64,000 bases of DNA, from assembly GCA_036381195.1 (NCBI GenBank), contig DASVDH010000078.1, forward strand, positions 10,250 through 74,249, written 5' to 3'. This stretch comes from Longimicrobiales bacterium (GTDB lineage: Bacteria; Gemmatimonadota; Gemmatimonadetes; Longimicrobiales; RSA9). Of the stretch, positions 8,656-17,266 are shown piece after piece. A program made the position numbers and the translations under genes. Positions within the stretch are counted from its first letter, which is position 1. Each line of letters opens with the position of its first letter. Under the pieces are notes generated by a model. That model worked only from the letters and a program-made list of their open reading frames with translations. It searched no databases and had not been told where the DNA came from.

Positions 8656-9753
8656 ATGAGTCTCGCGCTCGGGAACACGCTGCGTGAGGGCGCGTCGTTC
8701 CTCCGCGCGTACGTCGGAGGGGGATACCCCGCCTTCATCTATCCTCCTGGCCGGCTCGGCGATGAGCTCCCGGTCTTCTTCTACCACGGCGTGGACGGCC
8801 GGACGTTCGAGCGGCACCTCCAGTACCTGCAAGCCAACGGGTATCGGACCGTGGCCTGTGACGAGGCCGTCGAGCTCGCTGCGGAGCGGCGGAGCGGGGG
8901 CCGTGCCGTGATGCTGACGTTCGATGACGGGCTCGCGAGCGTATACCTCAGCGCGTTTCCCCTCGCACGACGCCACGGCGTGAGGATCGTCCTCTACATC
9001 GTGCCGTCCCGCATCGGGCGTCCGGGGTTCCTGACGTGGGAGCAGTGCCGGGCGATGCACCGTTCGGGCCTGGTCGACATCCAGTCCCACTCGTATGCGC
9101 ACAAGCGCGTGGTCACGGCACTGGCGGTCCAGGGGATCCTGAACGGGCCCCCGGCCGATGCGTGGGGAGTCCCCGGCCTCGACCCGATCGGGCTGCCGGA
9201 GCGGCCGGCCCACCTGCCGGTTTTCGAGGCGGCATCGTTGTTCGAGGCGTCGCGGGCGTACCGGTTGCCGGCGGCCTTCTGGGAGGACTGGCTCGCTCTC
9301 CAGCGCCGCGAGGGGGCGAGCCGGGCCCGTGCGCTGCGCGGTCGATTGCTCGAGCTCCTCGAGGCGCACGCGCGTGGCGTGCAGGTCGTGGACGGCGAGG
9401 CACTGCGCCGGGAGATCCGCGAGGACCTCGAATCCTCGAGGGCCTGCATCGAAGACCAGCTCCCGGGTCACCGGGTGCGCCACTTCGCTTATCCCTGGCA
9501 CCGCCACGGCCCCGCCGCCTGGATGGCCCTGGAAGCGGCCGGCTTCCGCTCGGCGGCGATCGGGCTGGGGATCCCGGAAGGGAGAAAGCCGGCCGGTCTC
9601 GCGGAATCGGTGCTGGAGCTGCGCCGCGTGAACGCGGACTTCCTGCTTTGCCTGCCGGGCAGAGGGCGGACACCGTTCCGGCGGGTGCTCGCTGGCAAGG
9701 CGATGCGACGCTTCAGGAGCACGAACCGAGGAGGGCAGGGTGGCCATGTCTGA
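8656..9753 (+). CDS. polysaccharide deacetylase (NodB-homology/CE4-like)
   Basis: VMLTFDDGLASVY and IQSHSYAH motifs. Starts 2 nt after the upstream stop. Confidence 0.8.
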   Translation: MSLALGNTLREGASFLRAYVGGGYPAFIYPPGRLGDELPVFFYHGVDGRTFERHLQYLQANGYRTVACDEAVELAAERRSGGRAVMLTFDDGLASVYLSAFPLARRHGVRIVLYIVPSRIGRPGFLTWEQCRAMHRSGLVDIQSHSYAHKRVVTALAVQGILNGPPADAWGVPGLDPIGLPERPAHLPVFEAASLFEASRAYRLPAAFWEDWLALQRREGASRARALRGRLLELLEAHARGVQVVDGEALRREIREDLESSRACIEDQLPGHRVRHFAYPWHRHGPAAWMALEAAGFRSAAIGLGIPEGRKPAGLAESVLELRRVNADFLLCLPGRGRTPFRRVLAGKAMRRFRSTNRGGQGGHV

Positions 9754-10696
9754 GCGACGCGAGGCCGGTACACCGTCCGTCTCCGTGGTCGTGGTCAACT
9801 GGAACGGCAAGAACGTGCTCCCGCAGTGCCTCGACTCGATCCTCGCCCTCGAGTACCCGATCAAGGAGACGATCGTCGTCGACAACGGATCCGTGGACGG
9901 CTCCGGGGCGCTCCTGAGGGAGCGCTACGGGGAGCGGGTGACCGTCATCTGGAACGAACGCAACCTTGGCGCGCCGGTGGCAAGGAACCAGGGCATGCGG
10001 CACGCCGTGGAGTCGGGCAGCGATTTCGTGTTCACGCTCGACAACGACCTGACCATCGCCCCCGATGCGATCGCGCCGCTGGTCAGGCTGATGCAGGGCG
10101 ATCCGAAGATCGCGATGGCGGGCGCGCTCATCCTCCACCAGGATCGTCCCGACGTGATCTTCTCGGCGGGCCACATGGTCAACTGGACCCAGAACCTGGT
10201 CCGGACGCTCGGCGCCAACCAGAGATTGCAGGGCCAGTTCAGGGAGATCTGGGACGTGGATTACGTCGGCAGCGGGGCGATGCTCACTCGCCGTTCCTAC
10301 ATCGAGCAGCACGGCTACTTCGATGAAACGCTGATCGGCTACGGTTACGAGGACACCGAGTACGGATACCGCGCCAAGCAGTTGGGGTTCAGGGTCGTCT
10401 GCTGCGCCGATGCCAGGGTGTGGCACCGGCCGCATTCGGGGATCGGGCGCTACAGCTATCGCAAGAAGTACCTGGAGGCGCGCAACGCCGTGGTGTTCAT
10501 GAAGCGGCACGGCAACCTGTTCCGCTGGTCGAAGTACCTGTTCTACGTGCTGCTCGGATTCGGTTATGCGGCGGTTCGCGAGGGGCTGCGCGGCAACTTC
10601 GCGGGAGTGAGGGGAAAGATGCGCGGGTTCATCGACGGCCTGCGCGGTCGCGAGGATCTGGCGTACCGACTCCTGGACCCGAGCGAGCCGGCATGA
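9740..10696 (+). CDS. glycosyltransferase family 2
   Basis: VSVVVVNWNGKN, VVDNGSVDGS and TLDNDL motifs. GAGGAGGG lies at 9728-9735. The start is either GTG 9740 or ATG 9746. Overlaps the upstream gene end. Confidence 0.85.
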   Translation: MAMSERREAGTPSVSVVVVNWNGKNVLPQCLDSILALEYPIKETIVVDNGSVDGSGALLRERYGERVTVIWNERNLGAPVARNQGMRHAVESGSDFVFTLDNDLTIAPDAIAPLVRLMQGDPKIAMAGALILHQDRPDVIFSAGHMVNWTQNLVRTLGANQRLQGQFREIWDVDYVGSGAMLTRRSYIEQHGYFDETLIGYGYEDTEYGYRAKQLGFRVVCCADARVWHRPHSGIGRYSYRKKYLEARNAVVFMKRHGNLFRWSKYLFYVLLGFGYAAVREGLRGNFAGVRGKMRGFIDGLRGREDLAYRLLDPSEPA

Positions 10697-12246
10697 CGGA
10701 CACGGCGAATCAGGAAACCCGCGTCCTCGGCGCCGGCGCGAGTGTTGCGCTGGGAGGAGCCCTGGCCGGGAGCGCGCTGACGTACCTCACGGGGCTCATC
10801 GTCTCCCGGCTGGTGGGAGCCGAGCTCCTCGGCGTCTACTTCCTGGCGATCATCTGGCTCACCCTCGGCAGCACCATCGCCCGACTGGGCCTGTCGGATG
10901 CGCTGTTGCGCTTCGTTCCACCCGCGCGGCTGCGCGGGGATCGCACGGAGGCCAGTCTCGCGATCAAGACCGCGGTCTGCCTCGGGGCCGGGGCCGGGAT
11001 CGTGTTGGCCGGGTTGTTCTCGATCCTCCTCGTGTGGCTCCGTGCCGGTTCCTCCAACAGACTCGTGGCCTCGTATCTCGGCTGGTTCCTCTGGGCCCTG
11101 CCACTCCATGTGATCTTCACGCTGCTGCTGATGGTGATCCAGGCGCACCAGTGGATGGGCCGGGTCGCCGCGATCCGGGATCTCCTGCAGCCATTGCTGT
11201 TGATCGGCCTCACGGTCGCCCTCGTGCGCGTTGCGGGGCCCCGGATCGGGCTGGTGGGCGGATTCGTCCTGTCCCTGGCGCTGGCGATCCCCCTCGCCCT
11301 GCTCAGCGTCGAGCGGATCGCGCCCGGCGCGTTCACGACCCCGGGGTGGGCGCCGGTTCGCCCCATGTTGTTGTTCTCCCTGCCCGTGATGCTGAGCGAT
11401 GCGAGCAGCTACGCCTACCGCTGGCTGGATACGCTGGTCATTGGCCGCCTCCTGACGCTCCGCGACGTGGGGATCTACAACGCGGCGAGCCGGACCGCGC
11501 TGCTCGTGTCGCTGGTTCTGACGGGCGCCAACGCCATCTATGCCAGCGTCGCCGCCGGGTACTTCAACACTTCCCGGGTGGACCAGCTCCAGCGGGCGCT
11601 GCACGCCGCCATGCGCTGGTGCCTCCTGCTCGCGCTGCCGCTGGTCCTCTTCCTGGTCGTCGGCGGCGATTGGATCCTGTCGCTCTGGGGGCGCGAGTTT
11701 TCCGAAGCCGCGCCGGCGCTCGTCATCCTGGCCGGCGCGCACCTCGTCGGAATTCCGGCGGGCCTGTTCGCGTACACGCTGGTGATGTGCAACCGGGAGA
11801 GGGTGGAGCTGCTGAACACCCTCGTTCTGCTGGCTCTCCTGCTCGCGACCAATCTGCTGTTGATCCCGCTCGTGGGGTTCCCGGGTGCGGCCGTTGCGTT
11901 GTTCGTGGTCAACACGCTGGCGCTGCTCGTCCGTGGCTATGAGGTGCGCCGGCTGCTGGGAGTGCAGCCGTTCGCGGCGAGTCTCCTGAAGCCGATCGGC
12001 GTGGCGCTGCTCGCGCTGGTCGTCGCCTCCGTCGTGAGGAGCACGATTCCCCTGCTGCTGCCCGCAGCCGGGCCGGCGCCGGCCGTGGCGGACGCGCCTG
12101 CGCTGCTCGCATCACTCGCCGTGCTCGGCTCGATCGTCGCGATCGCGTTCTTCGGCCCCTGCCTGCTGGTGGACGCCCAGGGACGGGAGCTGGTCCGCGT
12201 GTCCCTGCTCCGGCTCCTACGCCCGGGCCGTCCCGCCGCGGAGTAG
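10693..12246 (+). CDS. Wzx-type oligosaccharide flippase / polysaccharide biosynthesis protein (MOP superfamily)
   Basis: ATG 10693 overlaps the upstream stop (ATGA). 517 aa with hydrophobic segments throughout (about 12-14 helices by eye), typical of Wzx/RfbX-like proteins. Confidence 0.8.
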   Translation: MTDTANQETRVLGAGASVALGGALAGSALTYLTGLIVSRLVGAELLGVYFLAIIWLTLGSTIARLGLSDALLRFVPPARLRGDRTEASLAIKTAVCLGAGAGIVLAGLFSILLVWLRAGSSNRLVASYLGWFLWALPLHVIFTLLLMVIQAHQWMGRVAAIRDLLQPLLLIGLTVALVRVAGPRIGLVGGFVLSLALAIPLALLSVERIAPGAFTTPGWAPVRPMLLFSLPVMLSDASSYAYRWLDTLVIGRLLTLRDVGIYNAASRTALLVSLVLTGANAIYASVAAGYFNTSRVDQLQRALHAAMRWCLLLALPLVLFLVVGGDWILSLWGREFSEAAPALVILAGAHLVGIPAGLFAYTLVMCNRERVELLNTLVLLALLLATNLLLIPLVGFPGAAVALFVVNTLALLVRGYEVRRLLGVQPFAASLLKPIGVALLALVVASVVRSTIPLLLPAAGPAPAVADAPALLASLAVLGSIVAIAFFGPCLLVDAQGRELVRVSLLRLLRPGRPAAE

Positions 12247-12252
12247 CCCGCG

Positions 12253-13905
12253 ATGAGCGAGCATCCGACGGGTGCGCGAGTCGTGCGGCAGAGGGGGCGA
12301 CGCGCCTGGCCACGACTGCTGTGCATGGCGGTCACGGGCGCTCTCTACATCGTCCTCGCAAACGATGGCAGGCACCACTGGCACGAGTGGCGCCACGTCT
12401 ACTCCGCGGCGCACTTCACCATCGAGCAGCTCGCCGCGGGCGAGTTCGACCCCGGGCCACCCCCGGAGAGAACCGCCACCGAGGCGGCCGGCTGGTACTG
12501 GGGACAGTTGGGGCACGAAGCCCTCCTGCGCGCCATCATCCGGCTGGCGGGGCCGGGGCTGGGGACGGTCGCGCTCCTGGAATGGCTGTACGGCCTGCTG
12601 GTTCCGCTGGCGGCGCTCCTGACCTTCCTCACGCTCCGGCGCCTGCCGCTCGGAACCGATCCGTCCCTGATCTCCGCCGCCACCCTCCTGTCGCCCCTCG
12701 CGGTCTACCTGGGGTTCAAGCTGATGGGGGAGGTGCCGGCGCTGCTCTTCGCGGCGTTCGCCGGATACCTCTTCCTGGCGGGCCTCCGCGCGCGGCATCG
12801 CCTTGCGGCCGCGGCGCTCCAAACGGGAGCCGGGCTGTCCCTCGCGCTCTGCTTCCTGTGCAAGGTGTTCATGCCCCTCTCGTTCTTCGGGTTCGCGCTG
12901 GCGTTGCCCGCCGCGTTCCCTGAATACGGCTGGAGGCGGGTGTCGGGGCGATTGCTGCTCACGACGGGAGTCGCGGCCGCGGCTGCGGCCTGGGCAGGCG
13001 CCGCGGTTTCCGTTCGGCCCGCGGACTGGGCGCTGGTGTACGTCTTCTTCAGGGACTACCGGCAACCGGCGGCGGCTTCCGCCTTCGGCCTGCTGAGCGC
13101 CGGGTCCCTGCTCTACGCGCTGGTCCCGTTCTCCTTCCTCGCCCGGGACTCGAGGGCGGTGCGGTTCTTCGCTGCGTGGCTGGGCTTCACGGCGGCTCCG
13201 GTGCTCCTCCTGGCGACCAATTTCGTCGAGGCCCGCTACCTCGCCGTCGCTCTGGTTCCGTTCGCGGGCCTGGGCGTTGCCGGCCTGGAAGAGATCGTGC
13301 GCCGCGTTCGCGGGCCCGTGGGAGATGCGGCCCTTCGAACGCGCAGCGCCATCGCCACCCTGGTGATCGTGCCCGTGGCGACGGCCGGCGCGCTCCCCTT
13401 CCTCCCGTACGAGATGAGCTGCCGGGAGCTGGTCAACCTCGTCACCCGGATCTGGGGCGAAGATCCGGATGCCGCCCTCCTGGTGCCGTGGAATTACACC
13501 GATTATCACCTCCTCGCGTTCGCCTTCCCGGGCCGGCCCATCTACCTGGTCCAGTCCCCCGTTGACGACCGCGGCGTCGTGTACCGGGACAGTCTTTGGG
13601 AACGGCGCCAGGAGCGGAACTACGGCCCGGCGTTCATTCCCGGCCCGGAGGACCTCGGCCGCGTGGCGGAGACGACGAGGGTCTACCTCGGCCACGGCGT
13701 GCTGCCCCCCATTGCCAATCTCCGGAAGCTCGCCTCGAGTCTGGGCATCACGCCGATCGTCCGGAGCCTGGACGCGCTGCAGCCCCGGAGGCACATCACG
13801 GAGAGCTGGCTGTGGAGCAGTCCGGAGGTACGGCTGCAGGAAGCGCTGCGCGTGGGCCGGTACGCCGCTTACCGTGTCGAAGCTACGCCGGCGGCTCCGC
13901 CCTGA
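12253..13905 (+). CDS. polytopic membrane protein, GT-C (ArnT/PMT, GT39/83)-like glycosyltransferase
   Basis: N-terminal ~380 aa contain many hydrophobic helices. A C-terminal ~150 aa soluble domain ends ...YAAYRVEA. Layout matches the ArnT/PMT_2-like proteins at 27599 and 41681. Confidence 0.6.
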   Translation: MSEHPTGARVVRQRGRRAWPRLLCMAVTGALYIVLANDGRHHWHEWRHVYSAAHFTIEQLAAGEFDPGPPPERTATEAAGWYWGQLGHEALLRAIIRLAGPGLGTVALLEWLYGLLVPLAALLTFLTLRRLPLGTDPSLISAATLLSPLAVYLGFKLMGEVPALLFAAFAGYLFLAGLRARHRLAAAALQTGAGLSLALCFLCKVFMPLSFFGFALALPAAFPEYGWRRVSGRLLLTTGVAAAAAAWAGAAVSVRPADWALVYVFFRDYRQPAAASAFGLLSAGSLLYALVPFSFLARDSRAVRFFAAWLGFTAAPVLLLATNFVEARYLAVALVPFAGLGVAGLEEIVRRVRGPVGDAALRTRSAIATLVIVPVATAGALPFLPYEMSCRELVNLVTRIWGEDPDAALLVPWNYTDYHLLAFAFPGRPIYLVQSPVDDRGVVYRDSLWERRQERNYGPAFIPGPEDLGRVAETTRVYLGHGVLPPIANLRKLASSLGITPIVRSLDALQPRRHITESWLWSSPEVRLQEALRVGRYAAYRVEATPAAPP

Positions 13906-13915
13906 TCGCCAGCGA

Positions 13916-13929
13916 CTGAGCCGGCTCAG
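13916..13929. terminator. possible bidirectional hairpin between convergent genes
   Basis: Perfect 14-bp palindrome CTGAGCCGGCTCAG in the 66-bp gap between convergent stops. No U-tract. Confidence 0.25.
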
Positions 13930-13971
13930 CCGTGCAGGCGTCGCATACCATCGGTGGGATGACGCCAGGAT

Positions 13972-15582
13972 TCACCGGTAGATGTGCAGCACCCAGTCCG
14001 CGCCTGCGGGCTTTTCGAACCGCCGGACCCCGCCTCCGGCGATCTCTGCCGTGATGGCCGTCCGCACGCCGCTCCGCGGGTCCAACCACTCCGCGCGCAG
14101 GGTCCCGTCCGCCCCCGTCAGATCGACCTCCACCGGGCCGCCGTTCTCGAGGTAGACGATGTACTCCTGCCCTGGATCGGCCAGGCACAGCGCTCCGGCG
14201 GACACGAGCTCCTGGGAAGGAGTCATCGTGGAGAAGGGGACGCTCGCCATGAAGTCGTACAGGATGGAGAGGTCGTCGTGCGCTTTCCCCATCCCGTGCG
14301 GCCCGATTCCTTCGCCATCGAGATCGAACTCGCCATAGAGAAAGAATCCGCCCGCGAGGGTGATCCCCCACGCGCCGCGGCGAACCTGGTCCGCCGTGAG
14401 CTTCTGAGGACCCTCCCACACCATTTCGGCGGCTGCCACCGGCTTCCCGCGATAGTGCTCGGCGACGAATCGGTAGGCCAGGTCCGCTCCGCCGGCTCTG
14501 CCCGCATCGTACTGCAGGTTCGCGAGGTCCAGCCAGGGTTCCTCCAGGAGCTGGTCGGCATCCTGCGTGTCATGGACCGTGGTCAACAGGCCGAACGGAT
14601 CGATCGACTCGAGGTAGCTGCCGATCCGCCTCACGCGGTCGAGCGACATGAACTCCCAGAACTCGAACGTGAGGTTGTGGATCAGATTGGAGTACACGCC
14701 GACGCGGGCCACCACGTAGCGGAGGTAACGACGCTCCAGCTCGGGGTCGTCGGGAAACCTCGGAGGCAGGTTCGGAAAGTACCCGTCGAAGAGGTAGACG
14801 TAGACCCCATGCTCCTGGAGGTAGCGCAGCACCTCGTCGAGTTTCCGCCACGACCGCAGGTCGTACTGGTTCCACAGGACCCGCTCACCATCCCGCAGCC
14901 AGGGGAAGAAGGACGGCCGGCCGTACCTGCGGCGGTTCCAGCCGTTCTGCAGGAGGTGGTCCGCCTGGGTGGTGAGAATGCTCACCATGTTGTAGCCGCG
15001 CTCGATCACGTGCTCGCGTACGTCCTGTCGCCACGTGTCGCCTACGGTGAAGAGGAGGTCGTGGAGGTAGAACCAGCGCGGCAGGAACGGCCCATCCCCT
15101 TCCCGGACCAGCCAACGCGGGTTCGCCGGGTGCACTCGCAAGGGGGGAGCGACCCCTTCGCCCCGGCACTCGAATTCCCCGCTGGCGCCCGGCGCGCCAT
15201 CCGTGAACTCCGCGGACCAGGTCCAGGCGCCTTCCTCCAGGCACATGAACCGGATGCGCCAGACGTTCCCCTCCTGTCCGCCCTTCCCATTGCCGTCATA
15301 AAACCCGAAGAAGGAGTAGACCTTGCCGGATGGCGACGTGAAGGTGGTCAGGAGCTCCGTCTCGTTGAAGGGGTCCTCGTACTCTCTCGAGTTGGTGAGT
15401 GTCGCATCGAAGACCCCCCAGAGCGGCACCACCTGCCGGGAACCGGGAGGAGGCGGGGATGTCGCCGGTCTGCCGGGCGCGCCATCACACGCGGCGGGGA
15501 GCGCCGAGGCCGCGATCAGCAGCAGCGCGCTCCGCCACGCACGCGCCAGCACGCGGCGCCTCAGCGAGCCCGCGACGGGCAT
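13972..15582 (-). CDS. secreted lipoprotein, glycoside-hydrolase-like (DUF5060/DUF4038-type TIM-barrel candidate)
   Basis: ATG 15582 gives MPVAGSLRRRVLARAWRSALLLIAASALPAAC, a signal peptide plus lipobox. GTG 15552, preceded by TGAGG, is an alternative start. N-terminal beta-sandwich-like segment (VWRIRFMCLEEGAWTWSAEF) is followed by a catalytic-domain-like region. The family call is from memory only. Confidence 0.6.
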   Translation of the reverse strand: MPVAGSLRRRVLARAWRSALLLIAASALPAACDGAPGRPATSPPPPGSRQVVPLWGVFDATLTNSREYEDPFNETELLTTFTSPSGKVYSFFGFYDGNGKGGQEGNVWRIRFMCLEEGAWTWSAEFTDGAPGASGEFECRGEGVAPPLRVHPANPRWLVREGDGPFLPRWFYLHDLLFTVGDTWRQDVREHVIERGYNMVSILTTQADHLLQNGWNRRRYGRPSFFPWLRDGERVLWNQYDLRSWRKLDEVLRYLQEHGVYVYLFDGYFPNLPPRFPDDPELERRYLRYVVARVGVYSNLIHNLTFEFWEFMSLDRVRRIGSYLESIDPFGLLTTVHDTQDADQLLEEPWLDLANLQYDAGRAGGADLAYRFVAEHYRGKPVAAAEMVWEGPQKLTADQVRRGAWGITLAGGFFLYGEFDLDGEGIGPHGMGKAHDDLSILYDFMASVPFSTMTPSQELVSAGALCLADPGQEYIVYLENGGPVEVDLTGADGTLRAEWLDPRSGVRTAITAEIAGGGVRRFEKPAGADWVLHIYR

Positions 15583-15949
15583 CCGGGGCCGATGCCCCGG
15601 CGCCGGAGCGCGATCACCGCGACGCGGGCGTCCCTGAACCCGGCGTCCTCGAGGGCGAAGGGCCGGGGCGTCCCCGCATGCCTGCGCGGGGTCGCGGATG
15701 CGCGCAGCGGATCCAGCCACCGTCTTTCTCCTTCCTGGCCGGTCGCTCGCCTCTGCCTCACCGCCCGGCATCGGACCCGCAGACGGCACGTTGCCGCCCG
15801 ATGACGACATCACACTCATGCACGCCAACCCTAGCGGCGTCGCGGAGGCGATGGCTGTCCGCGGGTCCGCGTGGGCCGAATCCAAGATGGCCCGTGCTCC
15901 GGCGGCATGAAAGTGCCGCGGCTACGCCCGGCTCGATGCGAGCGCGGAT

Positions 15950-16927
15950 TCAGCGCCGGATGCGGCCACGCTCGCCGTCCCTCCCTGGCCGGCGGCCGTC
16001 GGCATCGCTCCGTTGCCGCGGGCGCGCCGCCGCAGTGCGCCTTTTCCGACGGTCAGCGATGCTGGCCACCCAGAAGCAAGCCAGCAGCGCGAGCCCGAGA
16101 TACGACGGGTAATCCCGGTGCCCCCCATGGCGATGATACCTCGCCACGCGGACGCTATCCGGCGTGATGAACGTCCCTTCGATCGAAGCCACCCGTGCCC
16201 CGTCGAGTGGAGGGCCGACGAGGGTGATCAGCTCCCTGCCGGTGGTCCTGACCATGAGCGCGCCATCGCGCCGCACGATCTCCGCACGGTCGAACCCCAC
16301 CCGCTGTCCGACCCGGTCCTCGCCGCGGCGCAGCGTCCCGACGAAATGACTGTCGCTCGCCTCGACGCTCGCGGTGAAGAGCAGCGGGCCGGCGACGTAG
16401 GTTGCCAGGAGCGAGAGCGCGAGCATGGCCCGCGCCGGCCGCCAGCGGGCCGGGCCGATCGCGTATCGCGTCCGGCGCGGCCACTCCGAGGCCACGAACG
16501 CCGCTCCGCACAGCGTCAGCCCCAGGACGATGCCGCTCTCGGGCCAGAACCAGCCGAAGTTGAGGTCCCTCCACGAGAACGGCGCGAAGAGGTGTACGCC
16601 GTTTCCCCATTTCGTCTCGGCGGCGTCGAGGAGGAGATGCAGGAACGCTCCCGTCGCCAGCAGGGCGAAGACTTGCCGGGGCATGGCAGAGCAGAGGGCG
16701 AGCGCGCCGCAAAGGACGAGGGAGAAGGCGAGCGATGCCTGCACGATGGCGTAGAGCCGCATGGTGTAGGGGGCCAGCACCGGGCCGAGCATCCCGTTCA
16801 GGCGCTGGAGGATCCAGGGGATGTCGGGGATGATGCAACTGAGGAGGAGCCACTTCGGATCGGCCTGCCGGAACGTCAGCCGGGCGGCCGCTCCCTGTGC
16901 TGCGAAATGCGCCAGGGCGTTGGGCAT
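15950..16927 (-). CDS. membrane-bound metal-dependent hydrolase-like protein (DUF457/YdjM-like N-terminus)
   Basis: N-terminal ~170 aa have His/Asp-containing hydrophobic helices (HFAAQG, FLHLLLDAAE). A further soluble segment is followed by a C-terminal TM and an Arg-rich tail. Confidence 0.55.
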   Translation of the reverse strand: MPNALAHFAAQGAAARLTFRQADPKWLLLSCIIPDIPWILQRLNGMLGPVLAPYTMRLYAIVQASLAFSLVLCGALALCSAMPRQVFALLATGAFLHLLLDAAETKWGNGVHLFAPFSWRDLNFGWFWPESGIVLGLTLCGAAFVASEWPRRTRYAIGPARWRPARAMLALSLLATYVAGPLLFTASVEASDSHFVGTLRRGEDRVGQRVGFDRAEIVRRDGALMVRTTGRELITLVGPPLDGARVASIEGTFITPDSVRVARYHRHGGHRDYPSYLGLALLACFWVASIADRRKRRTAAARPRQRSDADGRRPGRDGERGRIRR

Positions 16928-17024
16928 GGGTCGCTATTGCAACCTTTGGCTCGGAAGGCGCCGGGCATCGCCGGGAGCATGCCGATCAGTCGCTTGCGCG
17001 TCTGCGGTGTGGGGCGCCCCGGCG

Positions 17025-17192
17025 TCAATCCTTGCGCGCCCAGAAGAACGCGATCTGCTCGAAGCCAGGCGTGGTCGGGCGAGATAAGCCCACCTCGCCA
17101 ACGATGCTCAGCATTTGCCTCACGCTCTCAATGGTGTACGAATGGATATGCCCGTAGCGGTTGACTCCTGGCTGTACCAGAGAGTCTCCGCG
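17025..17192 (-). pseudogene. C-terminal remnant of a class I SAM-dependent methyltransferase-like gene
   Basis: The minus-strand frame reads RGDSLVQPGVNRYGHIHSYTIESVRQMLSIVGEVGLSRPTTPGFEQIAFFWARKD*. This matches the GH(I/L)HxYTxES(V/L)xxxL pattern at the C-termini of Methyltransf_11/23-type enzymes. The upstream part would overlap the carbamoyltransferase gene, and no start codon is available. The stretch is locally lower in GC. Confidence 0.35.
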
Positions 17193-17266
17193 GCGCGCCG
17201 CGGGCGGGCGCCGGGATGCCGGAGAGCGTCCATTGCCGCGAGGCGCGGTTCGGCCCCGCGGCCAGA

